Source of the DNA: Nemertoderma westbladi
Taxonomy: Eukaryota > Animalia > Xenacoelomorpha
Reading direction: 5' to 3'
DNA length: 54,807 nucleotides
NCBI GenBank assembly: GCA_032718475.1
Contig: JAUCBJ010007807.1
Location: 1 to 54,807, forward strand
Shown here one piece after another: positions 36,415-49,278 of the stretch; position 1 is the stretch's first letter, and each line of letters starts with the position of its first letter. A program made the position numbers and the translations under genes. The notes beneath the pieces are model-generated. The model was given only the letters and a program-made list of their open reading frames with translations. It was not told where the DNA came from and made no database searches.

Positions 36415-37445
36415 ATAACGAAGTTTCTCTCGGGCGAAAGTTACTCATTCTGTGGGCGAAGGTTTCTCTCGGGCGAAAGTTACTCATTCTGTGAGCGAAG
36501 GTTTCTATCGGGCGAAAGTTACTCATTCTGTGGGCAAAGGTGTCTCTCGGGCGAAAGATACTCACTCTGTGGGCGAAGGTTTCTGTCGGGCGAAAGTTAC
36601 TCACTCTGTGGGCGAAGGTTTCTGTCGGGCGAAAGTTACTCATTCTGTGGGCGAAGGTGTCTCTCGGGCGAAAGTTACTCATTCTGTGGGCGAAGGTGTC
36701 TCTCGGGCGAAAGTTACTCATTCTGTGGGCGAAGGTTTCTCTCAGGCGAAAGTTACTCATTCTGTGGGCGAAGGTTTCTCCTCGGGCTAAAGTTACTCAT
36801 TCTGTGGGTCGAAGGTGTCTCTCGGGCGAAAGTTACTCATTCTGTGGGCGAAGGTGTCTCTCGGGCGAAAGTTACTCATTCTGTGGGCGAAGGTTTCTCT
36901 CGGGCGAAAGTTACTCATTCTGTGGGCGAAGGTTTCTCTCGGGCGAAAGTTACTCATTCTGTGGGCGAAGGTTTCTCTCGGGCGATAGTTACTCATTCCG
37001 TGGGCGAAGGTTTCTCTCGGGCGAAAGTTACTCACTCTGTGGGCGAAGGTTTCACTTGGGCGAAAGTTACTCATTCTGTGGGCGAAGGTGTCTCTCGGGC
37101 GAAAGTTACTCATTCTGTGGGCGAAGGTTTCTCTCGGGCGAAAGTTACTCACTCTGTGGGCGAAGGTTTCTGTCGGGCGAAAGTTACTCATTCTGTGGGC
37201 GAAGGTTTCTCTCGGGCGAAAGTTACTCATTCCGTGGGCGAAGGTGTCTCTCGGGCGAAAGTTACTCATTCTCTGGGCGACGGTCTCTCTTGTGCGAAAG
37301 TTGCTCATTCTTTGGACGTATGTGGGCTTCTCTCGGGCGAAAGTTACTCATTTTGTGGGCGAAGGTTTCTCTTGGGCGAAAGTTGCTCATTCTGTGGACG
37401 TAGGTTTCTCTCGGGCGAAAGTTGCCCATTCTGTGGGCGAAAATT
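36415..37445. repeat. 39-bp minisatellite (tgtgggcgaaggtttctctcgggcgaaagttactcattc), ~26 units
   Basis: Direct tandem repeats, each unit a dimer of two gggcgaa-containing subunits. Confidence 0.95.
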
Positions 37446-38094
37446 GGAAGCAGGTGAGGTGTCATCTTTATGCTTTGTCTCTATACATTAAATACTGTAG
37501 CTAAAAGGGCCCTTTAAATCATGTCCTAATCCTAACCCAAACCAAATAAATACATTTGTTTTAGTTTTGTGTTTTCAAAAGTAATTGTGTTTGTGGGTGA
37601 CATCACAAGAGAGATTTAGAGCTATCACACGGTATGTGAATGAGAAGTCCCCGTCCTAGCGTTAATTTCTCAACAATTTTATATCCATACAGTTCTATTA
37701 CAAACTCATTAGTGGGGGGTGACCCTTGCACATCAATAATATATTCTAGAACACTTTTATATTCAAATATTAAATAGTTTCTCCAAAATATTATTGTAAA
37801 TTTATAAATTCTGCGTCCAGTCATCCTCCATACCCGCTCTGTTATATTCCCAATGAGGAAGGTCGCATTATCGTTGGTTGGTTCTCGAAAATTATAAACA
37901 CCGTGTATAATGTAGTTTAAAAGGCAAAACCCAGGAAAGGTATTAGGTGTGGTTGGTCATATTAAATGTCATTGTTCATAAAATAGCACTTTATAGAAAA
38001 CTTTCCGTATTAAAATCACTACATCATGTTTGTATAATATATTATTTAATTACACCGTGAAATTGGTAAAATTTGTAGTCTTAAAAACTATAAG

Positions 38095-41000
38095 ATAGAT
38101 TAAAATAAATTAAATTAAAATGAGTATTATGAAAGCAAAATATTTTGCTGCCCCTTACAAGTCTTAAGTGATCTCGCCTTTGGCCCACTGAGTAATGCTC
38201 TTTGTGTTGCACGTGCAGTCAGTTAGGTACTACTACTACTACTATGATCGGCATGCTGCATTGCAGCTGCATTTTTAAGAATGCTGTGCCGGCTTATCGA
38301 CAAAATTGCACCACCACAACTCCCTATCACCCATGACATTTGCTAGATCATCCGCATCTTTAAGGCCAGTGTCCTTTAAGATGCGTCTCAAGAAAGTCAT
38401 GGGCTGTCCACCATGCTTATTCACTCCATCAGGCTGCCAAAGTACAAGATTATGCACTGGCTGGTCCTCACGGCGAAAGCAATGTCCTGCAAAGCGGAGG
38501 CGATTTTGTTCTAGTGTCAAGCTTGGGGGAACCAATGAGACACCTCCAATGTTATATAGTGTCTGGTTGGAGATGTGTGCATTGTACTTGACACAATGTA
38601 CCCGGCGTAGCATTCTTGTGAATGTGCCATCCAGAGATTTGGTGTCCTCAGCAGTTAGAGCCCAGCATGGACTCCCGTAGAGGATTACTGGAACTACTGC
38701 TGCTCTAAATAATCGGACCTTAAGTTTCCGATTAATTCTAGATGACTTCCAAATCCTGGAAAGCCTATTCAAGGCTGCCCATGCCTTTCCCTTACGTATT
38801 CGAAGGTCCTCACCTGACTTCCGGATCCATGATCCCAGTTAACAGAAGTCGTCCACATTCTCAAGCATACCATCCTTTGAGGTATGCAGTTCCGGTCAGA
38901 GCCTTGCTGGCTGAGTACTTTCAAAGTTAACTGTCAAAATTTTTGTCTTTCTGGAGTTTATAAAAAGACCAACACTAGAAGCAGCATGTTCTAATGAGCT
39001 GAGGAGCCGTTGGGCTCCCTCTAGTGATTCTGAGAGTACTCCTAAGTCATCAGCAAAGTCTAGATCAGTTAGGTACTTGGCAGGATTTCCTCGACTTCTG
39101 GAGCCAGTAGGTGGAGTTATCATCACCCCATCATCATCATCAAGGACATGCGTAGAACATAGTCAACAACAATTATGAACAAGAATGGTGCAAGTGTGTC
39201 TCCCTGGAGGACACCCCATAACACTTCAAATGGTTCTGTGTCACCGTCAACAGTAGACACAAATGTTGTCGAACCATCGTATACTGATCTGATTGCTGCA
39301 ATAATTTCATCAGGAATCCCATATAATGAAAGTATGCTGAACATACGTGAGCGAGAGACTGAATCAAAGGCCTTGAAGAAGTCAACAAAGATAACAGCCA
39401 GATGCCTGTCTTTCTTTTTTGATAACTCTTCAATTATCCTTCTGAGTGCCAAAATGGGCTCCATGGTCCCACGACCTTTACAGAACCCATTCTGATTTCC
39501 ACGGAGCAGTCTCTCAATGGGATCCCTGATGCGATTTAATAGAATTCTATTGTATAGCTTTGCAGCAATCGAGAGAGTCAGTTAGGTGGTACCCCGCAAA
39601 GCGTGCAAATACAGGATGAGTCCGGTTGGTGATAGGATTTATTTGTACATATTTTAAAATGGAATCCGTGCATCGAAAACCTCGTGGTTATATGGCGACT
39701 TCAACTGTTTGGTAGCATCCAGGTCCTCGAAATAAAGGCCGGAGAGTTCCAGAATTCAGTCGGTATTTTGGAGTTCTTCTGATCGACTTCAGCTCGATAT
39801 TTAAGGAGAGAATCTGTTGCCGGGAGTTTTAGCATTGCTACCAAATCTTCTATTAAGGGTTTTTCTTTGCACATAGCTAGCACAAGTCGATTAAGGGAGC
39901 TTTTGTGGACGCTCAGTACACGTTTGAGAAATGTTGCCTTTATTTTATCTAAATTGTGTAGGTTGGTTGAGTTTAGGTATGGCCATAAAAATGAAAAATT
40001 GTAGCTAATGATTGGGCGTATTTTAATATTGAATATTTTAATTGCTGTTGACAAGGACAGTTGTTGTGGGTTCTTTAGATAGTGAGTTGCCATAATGGAT
40101 CTGCATGCGATATGGGCAACGTGCTTTGTAAATGATAAGGTTGTTTGGAAGGTAATTCCCAGGTAGGTGTAGTTGTTAGTGATTGTTACCGGTTGGTCGT
40201 TATAGATAAATTTGTCTGCCTTGGCGAGTTTACCCCCACGGTGAAACTTTATTATGGCGTCTTCTTCATGTTAACTTCGAGCTGGTTCTCTGCCGCCCAT
40301 AGTGAGAGAACATTTAAACCAGCCTGAAGGGATTCCCGTGAGTCTGAATAGAATAGTAGGTCATCAGCAAATAGTAATATGATTATAGTTGCAACATGTT
40401 TTAGCGCCGCTATGATATCTGCGATATAAATAATGAATAGAAAAGGACTTAGAGTGTCCCCTTGAAGAAGTCCACGTATTTATTTGATTGGGGCCGATTT
40501 GCGTAAGCCATCAAACACCTGTAAGTAGTTGACGCTGAGTAGGAGTTCTATAAACTTCATGAGTCTACCGCGAATTCCGAATATTGATTTTAGCTTCCAG
40601 ATTAATCTCTTTCTCGGGACAGAATCGAATGCTTTTCTAAAGTCAACAAAGCATGCGTACAATGGCTTCTTTAAATTGTGTAGGTGATTATTAGTGTCTC
40701 TAATCAATTGATCTTTTGGTTGCGATGTAGATCGGCCGGGGAGGAAGCCGTATTGTTCTGGCAGAATCCTGTGTTGCAGTTGACTGCGCAGCCGGTTGGC
40801 TACGATACCGGTGAGAACCTTAAATACGTTACACAAAAGCGCTATCCCTCTGTAATTATTGGGTTCGTCTCTGGGTCCCTTTCCCTTATAAAGAACCTTA
40901 CAGAGGCTGAAAGTCCAGGTCGCAATGAGGTGTAGCGATTTAAAACACATGTTGAATAGCAGCACCCACATACACAAGGTTAGTTACAGAGCTGCTTTAA

Positions 41001-43300
41001 GTAGTTGGAATGGGAGGCTGTCCGGCCCCCGGATTTATTATTCGGTTTCTTCTGGAACTCGTGTCGTACTTCCTCCTCGGTGAACGGTACATTGTAGGGG
41101 AGATTATCGTAGTCCTCTGTGTCTTCTGGCTCGCTTTCAGTTTGGTTATCTGGAGGGGCTTCAGGTTTCGAGAATAGTTTATCGAAGTGTTCCTCCCATT
41201 TCGGTAAGGGAACGGGGCACGGTGGCTCCATTTCTCTATTTTTCCACCATTTTTATGGATTTGACTCAGCCTGCGATATGAGTTTGTCCTCTTGCCATTT
41301 CGCATTCACGGCCTGCTTGTCCTCCAAGAGGGCCTTATATGACCGTTTAAGTTTACACAGTTCGGGTTGAAGACTTTTATTTGAGCTTGCACTGTGATGG
41401 AGATTTAAAACTTCCTGTCGCATGTCGTAGCATTCCGTGTCGAACCAGCGTTTCGTTTGTCGATGGTTCGATGCCGGTACTGCGGCATCCTTAATGGACA
41501 AGGATAGAGTTGAATACGCTTCGTCAAGATTTCTTAGTTCAAGTAGTTGTGAGGCGATGAGTAGTTGTGGGTCATTTTGGAGTTCATTGAGATTGAGTTC
41601 ACTCTTCTTTTTTGGTTTACCATTGCTTTTCGCTTCTTGTACTGAAGGGTTTGCTGTATCCAAATTCCACTCCATTAATAAAGGAGTATGTTTCCGGAGA
41701 CCATATAATGGGTATTCTATTCTAGAAACCTTCACGTTACTGAAAACTAGGTCAATAAACTTGAGCCATTATGGCAGATGTATGTCGGGCATTGGGAGTC
41801 GTTCTGAAGTTCCAGTCCAAATCTACATTCTTTAGTGAGATAATTTAAGCTGTCCGCCTTTGCGTTGTTTTCTACATCCATTCTTGCATTAAAATCGCCT
41901 GTAAATAGGACTGCCCCATTATAGTCTTCAGGCACTGATTCTAGAGCTGTCAGTGCCCCATCAACCAGGTCGGTGCTACTTGTGTCCGGGTTAATGTAAC
42001 ATGCTATGACGACTGCATGGTCCGTTTTCACAGTTACGAAGAACTTTGTTTTAGCAATACACTCAGGATTTAAGGCAAGTTTCACGGCTATTACTACTCC
42101 CCCCATTGGTCTACCTCTACCTGGAGGTTTGGTTGCCGGAGTTTCATAGATATAATATCCTGGGATGTTTACCGGTTCCACGGATAGTGTTTCATTTAGT
42201 AATAATATATCAGGTTTTGACAAAATGTTATCTGAGGAAAGAGTTTGCACTGAGGATAGTCCTTCGATGTTCCATAGAAGAGTAGTTATAATTAGTCAGT
42301 TCCCGGAGGGAGTGTTGCCAGAACCGGAATCCCCTTGCGGTCCCGGATGAGTCCGCAGTCGAGGTTTCAGACCGAACTTTTTGCGCTCTTTGTTAGATAG
42401 CCGATAGTTGCTGATTGTTATTCCGTGGTCCCAGAGGCCTGGATCCATGAGGGCTTCCCAGTGTTCCTGGTCACCCACCAGGTGGACACTCAGATAATGG
42501 GAATCTGGGTACAGCAGGAGGGGGATTATTTGTCTGAAAGGAATGTTGGACTCGTTTAAATGTTCAGCAATATCATCGATTGTTACTGTTTTATCGATGC
42601 ATCCAATATGGATGTGGCTGTCCCGGTTTGTGTGAAGATCAGTTGGTGCGCATGGTGTGGTTGCCCGCAGTTGGCCCCCTGTCTTGGTTCCGAATACCGA
42701 GCGCTTAGCCGGAGGGGCACACACAGCACATGGTCTTGCTGTTGCGGTTGCAAGGGTGGCCGTGGGGTTGAATTAGCCGGCTCTGTAGCTTCTGCATAGC
42801 TCTTTTGGTTATGTAGGTTACGTTGGGTTATTCCAGGATTGCCTGTCTGTTGGGGTTGGGGTGGTGGAGCCGGGGAGGCACACTGCAACTTCAGGAGGTC
42901 GTCTTTAGCAGTGAGGGTGGCCTCTTGGGAGTTGCTGAGTTTTCCGAGTATTAATGTATACATCGAACTCATAGCGAAGAGGTTATCGATTAGGAGTTTT
43001 TCTTGCTCGCGATTGACGCTTTTCTTTTCCTTTATATGCCTTATAATTGCTAACACTTCATTTTGTATTTTCACAAATTCTACAGCCATTATTCAGTATA
43101 ATAATTAATTCAGTATAATGTATAGGCATTAAAGTACTAAACTGTACGTACTGAACATGTACATTACACTGTATAATAATAATAGGTCGGTGTCACTCAT
43201 TCTTTCGCTGCGGTTAGTCTTATACCTCATGCTTGTACCAATAGAAAGCCGCCCCAATATTCGATTATAATAACATTCAGTTTATTTTGCACGGTAGGCC
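38095..43300 (-). mobile_element. Decayed two-ORF LINE (RTEX-like by inference), interrupted by an RTE copy
   Basis: ORF1 fragments at 43089-42296 (coiled coil, then an RRM-like ...ALMDPGLWDHGITI). ORF2 fragments carry APE (LLNET, GRPMGG, GDFNAR), RT (NYRGIALL, QYGF, FVDFRKAFDS, QGDTLSP, LFADD) and a C-terminal HGFH..IC...CICTLC...HLTDC motif that continues left of 38228. Ends are approximate. Confidence 0.8.
38229..39575 (-). mobile_element. 5'-truncated RTE copy nested in the 3' end of the two-ORF LINE
   Basis: Near-identical to 11365-12707, with a (TAG)n tail. A 12-bp TSD agtcagttaggt lies at 38217-38228 and 39576-39587. Confidence 0.95.
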
Positions 43301-44269
43301 TATGTGTTTCGCGTTTGTGGTTGGTTGGGCGGGGTGGGTGTCATAAGTTTTTCACTCTGAGAAGTTTTGATTGTGAGATGTTACTGGCATCACATTTATT
43401 TTATAATATTAGTATGAGAGGAAGGAGTTTTATAATATACACGATTATGTAACGAAATAATCGGTTTGGGGTTTAATTTCATAACACTCACTACTAATTG
43501 ATAATTGCAAAATTAATCGCAGGGTCATTAGTTTGAAGTTTGTTTGCATGGTGACCATTCAGAATTCTAAAATAATAATATAAATTATATATTATAATTA
43601 TAATTATAATTATAATTATAAATGCAAAATGTACACATATTATGTAGCGCAGGGTGAATAACTCGCGATAAATTGTAATACAATAGTTCAGCGTCCGTTG
43701 CACTATTATTACGGACGTGATACAAGACTGAATAATAGTGCCAGATTAGTAAAGTATAAGGTATACAGTATAGGCCTATTACAGTATATGTAGCGATTGA
43801 AACAACTTATTCCATAATTATCAATACCTGTACTATCTCGGTCGAAAGTTGGTTCCGATTGGTTAATGTTCCTCGGTTGCCAGGCAACTAACTGCTTTCT
43901 GTGTAGTATTAGACTCTTTCAGATTATTTTTTAGGTAAAATTTAGAGTAGGCCTACAGTGCATGTGCATGTGAGAAAAATTCCTGCTGATCAATATTTTC
44001 ACAGTTTTCTGGGTGTTTTTCCAATGTTTTCCTAGTGTTTTACTGATTAACTAATTTAGAACTATCCCAAAAAATTACTGTTACTGGTATCTAAAATCAA
44101 ACTGTACGGTAGGCCTACTGTAAAAGTAATACAGAAGAAAACTACTGTATAATTGAAATTTACGTTGTCACACATGGTTAGGTTACTGGAATAGATAATG
44201 TTTTTGAACTGCGAAATTATATAGTAACCTAGAAATTATATACTGTAGTAACCTAATTATCTAGATTTT

Positions 44270-44600
44270 ATTAGATTTTATAGGTCCATGCATATAATCT
44301 AGATTTTATAGGTCAATGCATATAGTCTAGATTTTATAGGTCAATGCATATAGTCTAGATTTTAAAGGTCAATGCATATAATCTAGATTTTATAGGTCAA
44401 TGCCTATAGTCTAGATTTTATAGGTCAATGCATATAATCCAGAGTTTATAGGTCAATGCATATAGTCTAGATTTTATAGGTCAATGCATATAGTCTAGAT
44501 TTTATAGGTCAATGCATATAATCTAGAGTTTATAGGTCAATGCATATAGTCTAGATTTTATAGGTCAATGCATATAGTCTAGATTTTATATGTCAATCCT
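44270..44600. repeat. 28-bp minisatellite (tagattttataggtcaatgcatatagtc), ~11 units
   Basis: Direct tandem repeats. Confidence 0.95.
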
Positions 44601-44691
44601 TATAGATAGTCTTTGAAATAAAATTGATTCCAAAACCATAATAGTTCAAAATTTGGCATAATATATTATGACACATTGCTTAGAAATGTGT

Positions 44692-46070
44692 TGAGTTCGT
44701 CCGACTGAACAGGTCCCCTATCTCCCACGAGTTCGTCCGACTGAACAGTTCCCCTATCTTCCACGAGTTCGTCCGACTGAACAGTTCCCCCATCTTCCAC
44801 GAGTTCGACCGACTGAACAGTTCCCTTATCTCCCACGAGTTCGTCCGACTGAACAGTTCCCCTATCTCCCACGAGTCCGTCCGACTGAACAGTTCCCCTA
44901 TCTCCCACGAGTTCGTCCGACTGAACAGTTCCCCTATCTCCCCCGAGTTCGTCCGACTGAACAGTTCCCCTATCTCCCACGAGTTCGCCCGACTGAACAG
45001 TTCCCCTATCTCCCACGTGTTCGTCCGACTGAACAGTTCCCCTATCTCCCACGAGTTCGTCCGACTGAACAGTTCCCCTATCTCCCACGAGTTCGCCCGA
45101 CTGAGCAGTTCCACTATCTCCCACGAGTTCGCCCGACTGAACAGTTCCCCTATCTCCCACGTGTTCGTCCGACTGAACAGTTCCCCTATCTCCCACGTGT
45201 TCGTCCGACTGAACAGTTCCCCTATCTCCCACGAGTTCGCCCGACTGAACAGGTCCCCTATTTCCCGCAAGTTTGTCCGACTGAACAGTTCTCCTTTCTC
45301 CCACGAGTTTGCCCGACTGAACAGTTCCCCTATCTCCCACGAGTTCGTCCGACTGAACAGTTCCCCTATCTACCACGAGTTCGCCCGACTGAACAGTTCC
45401 CCTATCTCCCACGTGTTCGTCCGACTGAACAGTTCCCCTATCTCCCACGAGTTCGCCCGACTGAACAGGTCCCCTATTTCCCGCAAGTTTGTCCGACTGA
45501 ACAGTTCTCCTTTCTCCCACGAGTTTGCCCGACTGAACAGTTCCCCTATCTCCCACGAGTTCGTCCGACTGAACAGTTCCCCTATCTCCCACGTGTTCGT
45601 CCGACTGAACAGTTCCCCTATCTCCCACGAGTTCGCCCGACTGAACAGGTCCCCTATTTCCCGCACGTTTGTCCGACTGAACAGTTCTCCTATCTCCCAC
45701 GAGTTCGCCCGACTGAACAGTTCCCCTATCTCCCACGTGTTCGTCCGACTGAACAGTTCTCCTATCTCCCACGAGTTCGCCCGACTGAACAGTTCTCTTA
45801 TCTCCCACGAGTTCGTCCGACTGAACAGTTCCCCTATCTCCCATGAGTTCGTCCGACTGAACAGTTCCCCTATCTCCCATGAGTTCGTCCGACTGAACAG
45901 TTCCCCTATCTCCCACGAGTTCGACCGACTGAACAGTTCCACTATCTCCCACGAGTTCGTCCGACTGAACAGTTCCCCTATCTCCCACGAGTTCGTCCGA
46001 CTGAACAGTTCCCCTATCTCCCACGAGTTCGCCCGACTGAACAGGTCCCCTATTTCCCGCAAGTTTGTCC
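44692..46070. repeat. 36-bp minisatellite (gagttcgtccgactgaacagttcccctatctcccac), ~38 units
   Basis: Direct tandem repeats without spacers or indels, which yields long repetitive ORFs on both strands. Confidence 0.95.
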
Positions 46071-46744
46071 CCACGAATATATTATATGATGAAGGGGGAA
46101 GTTAGACTCACTGCATAAATGCAGATTAATTATTACTTTACACAATTGCACATTTATTTGCATTGTAGGCCTACACTTAATTTCATACCGTCCGTCCTCT
46201 CTCCTAACTTTTAATATAGGGTTAAATCACAATAACTAAAAGTGTCAAAAATACAATTAACGTCGCGACTTTTTTCTTTTGGGGTATATTACTAGACAGA
46301 TTAGCGCACTTTATTTGCCAAAAAGTTAAAAAAATATTTTGAAATTAGTTTCGAATAACTCCAAAGCACGTTTACCGAAACAGAAAATGACACACTTGAA
46401 TGAATAGAACGCGAGCTAACGATTATTTCAAAGGAACAACCGAATGGCAACATTTTGCAGATTTTGCACTTAATTCTATTCTCGATTAGTAAACTGTCCA
46501 GGTCAAACGGCCCATTAAAACCGGTGTTACATATGTTTTTATTGTCGGCGATAAAATTATATTTTTTAATCAAACTTTATAAAATATATATCGGGAGTAA
46601 TCTGCGTAAGGGTGAAAATTAATGTAACATCCCACCGATTTTGATCCAACGTAAATTGTACATATACAAGTGTTTAACCATTTAATATAGATATAATAAT
46701 AGCCATGATATGATAATATTAATAAATAAATTATTGTAGTTTTA

Positions 46745-47720
46745 AAAAACTACAACCAATTACAACTATAGTAAACTACAACCTACTACAACTGTAGTAA
46801 ACTACAACGTACTACAACTGTAGTAAACTACCACTAACTACAACTGTAGTAAACTATACCTACTACAACTGTAGTAAACTACAACCTACTACAACTGTAG
46901 TAAACTACAACCTACTACAACTGTAGTAAACTACAACCTACTACAACTGTAGTAAACTACAACGTACTACAACTTAAACTACCAACCACCAACTACAACT
47001 GTAGTAAACGACAACCTACTACAACTTAAACTACCAACCACCTACTACAACCACAACTACTGTTGTAATTGTAAACTACCACCTACTACAACTGTAGTAA
47101 ACTATACCTACTACAACTGTAGTAAACTACAACCTACTACAACTGTAGTAAACGACAACCTACTACAACTGTAGTAAACTACAACCTACTACAACTGTAG
47201 TAAACTACAACGTACTACAACTTAAACTACCAACCACCAACTACAACTGTAGTAAACGACAACCTACTACAACTTAAACTACCAACCACCTACTACAACC
47301 ACAACTACTGTTGTAATTGTAAACTACCACCTACTACAACTGTAGTAAACTATACCTACTACAACTGTAGTAAACTACAACCTACTACAACTGTAGTAAA
47401 CGACAACCTACTACAACTTAAACTACCAACCACCTACTACAACCACAACTACTGTTGTAATTGTAAACTACCACCTACTACAACTGTTGTAATTGTAAAC
47501 TACCACCTACTACAACTGTAGTAAACTACCACTAACTACAATTTAATCTCCCAACCACCTACTACAACTGTTGTAATTGTAAACTACCACCTACTACAAC
47601 TGTAGTAAACTACCACTAACTACAACTTAATCTCCCAACCACATACTACAACTGTTGTAATTGTAAACTACCACCTACTACAACTGTACGTACACTAGTA
47701 AACTACAACAACTACAACAG
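46745..47720. repeat. ~26-bp complex minisatellite (actacaactgtagtaaactacaacct) with block duplications
   Basis: Direct tandem repeats with recurring variant units. Confidence 0.9.
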
Positions 47721-47939
47721 TAATAATGGGTTTTATGTTACCCATCCCCGATGATATTTCGTCATTCTCCCATGGGATCTTGGGTTTCATAATTGACCAT
47801 CTTAATATATAATTTAAATATTTAATATAAATAGTTATAAATACAATCCAGTAAGTACTGTAGTATTTGGTGTTCAGTTTGTTGTTCAGAAACAAGAATG
47901 AGAGCTCCATTGGGCAGAAATATTTTTGTTAATCATTTC

Positions 47940-48090
47940 TCAATGGTCTTCACTTATAGTCGCTTTTTTCGACCGATAAACATTGGACAATGAGATGCCG
48001 TAGTTCGCTAAGGAAGTCAATCTCCGCGACCCTCGCTGGTGTTGACCGCCACCGCCATCAGAAGAACCACCCAAAGTCGACAACCTTGTT
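47940..48090 (-). CDS. K2P channel exon 4 (C-terminal tail)
   Basis: Acceptor cattacag| in phase 2 matches the exon 3 donor. The frame is open: TRLSTLGGSS...ISEDH* (TGA at 47942-47940). Confidence 0.6.
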
Positions 48091-48493
48091 CTGTAATGAG
48101 ATATATACTACGTTTAGCTACGTTTAGGTAACAAACTATACAACAAAACCACACTTGTAAGATTTTAAGTTATTAGAGTTATGTAATAATTTTCAAGTCT
48201 AGTATACATCACTATACCAATCCACATCACAGACACCATCTAATTATCTACTCATCTATAGTACATCACAGATAATAGGACTAAACGGAATACAAGAAAC
48301 CCAACCTAATCTATAACAAGGTAATACTGTATAGGTGAGTCATAATGCTGATGCGCTGGAATTATTAAGGATCATGTTCTAAGTTCGAATCTTCCCGCTC
48401 ACAGGGTGAAAATATAATATCTCCAGATACTGAAAATTTGATTTATATACATAGTAAATTCAAATGAAAGTATATTTGGTGTTGATCCGTTAC

Positions 48494-48663
48494 CTGCTCG
48501 CAAAATAACTCTCCAAATCAGCTGACAAATACATCCAAACTGAGTGATTGAATTCATTATCTTCACCATCAGAATTCAACTCTTTCATCTCCAGTGTGGG
48601 AACTTCATCAGAACTCATATCAATGGGATCAACTGTATCGTGTATATTTGACATCGCAGCATG
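48494..48663 (-). CDS. K2P channel exon 3 (acidic cytoplasmic tail)
   Basis: Acceptor tttatttcag| (phase 0) and donor ag|gtaacg (phase 2). The frame is open: HAAMSNIHDTVD...ESYFAS. Confidence 0.65.
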
Positions 48664-49069
48664 CTGAAATAAACAATTTACAACTTTTTAGCAACAATAA
48701 TTCAAGCTACAGTACACCGCTATAATCTACTGTATGTGTTAATGTGTTTTATTTCACCCTATTTCACCCTTTATTCATCTCGAAACATGTGTGATTTGTA
48801 TGTGCGAACTATTGTGCATATACATCACTTGTAATTTAGCTCTATTGCTAACGATATTTCCATCTCAAAGTAGCCATTTTTCGCAAGCTATTCTACTGTT
48901 GATTCCTTACTACCTACCATTCCTTACTGTCAACCCAGTGGGGCCCCTGCATGCTACACCTGTTTAAATGGTTTTAATACTGTAGAATGCAGTTGTAACT
49001 TCATTATAGTTCTTAATTATGCAGAAAAATAATGATATTTTCCTATCTCCAAAATATTCTCTGACTTAC

Positions 49070-49198
49070 CTTCAGTATTGTTTTATAAGCTTTGATTGCC
49101 AAATCCTCGCGAAATACTTGCTGGAATTCGTCGATGAGTGAAGCGAAGTGTGCCAAACCGAAAATGAGAAACGATTCCAAAAGGAGAGTATACACCCA
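49070..49198 (-). CDS. K2P channel exon 2 (M4 helix); acceptor is non-canonical
   Basis: WVYTLLLESFLIFGLAHFASLIDEFQQ fits K2P M4. The donor aag|gtaagt is phase 0. The upstream polypyrimidine tract ends in ...tatat rather than AG. Confidence 0.7.
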
Positions 49199-49278
49199 AT
49201 ATATAAAGCAAAATAGAGAGTGTACCACGGACAAATAATTAATATAATTAATCAATTATATAGATTAATTAATTACTA

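Noticed and set aside
36413-37504. Multiple 13-aa-repeat ORFs
   Set aside because: They are by-products of the 39-bp array, and frames shift where single units have indels.
44692-46070. CRISPR array (36-bp repeat length)
   Set aside because: Units are head-to-tail with no unique spacers, there are no cas genes, and the context is eukaryotic.
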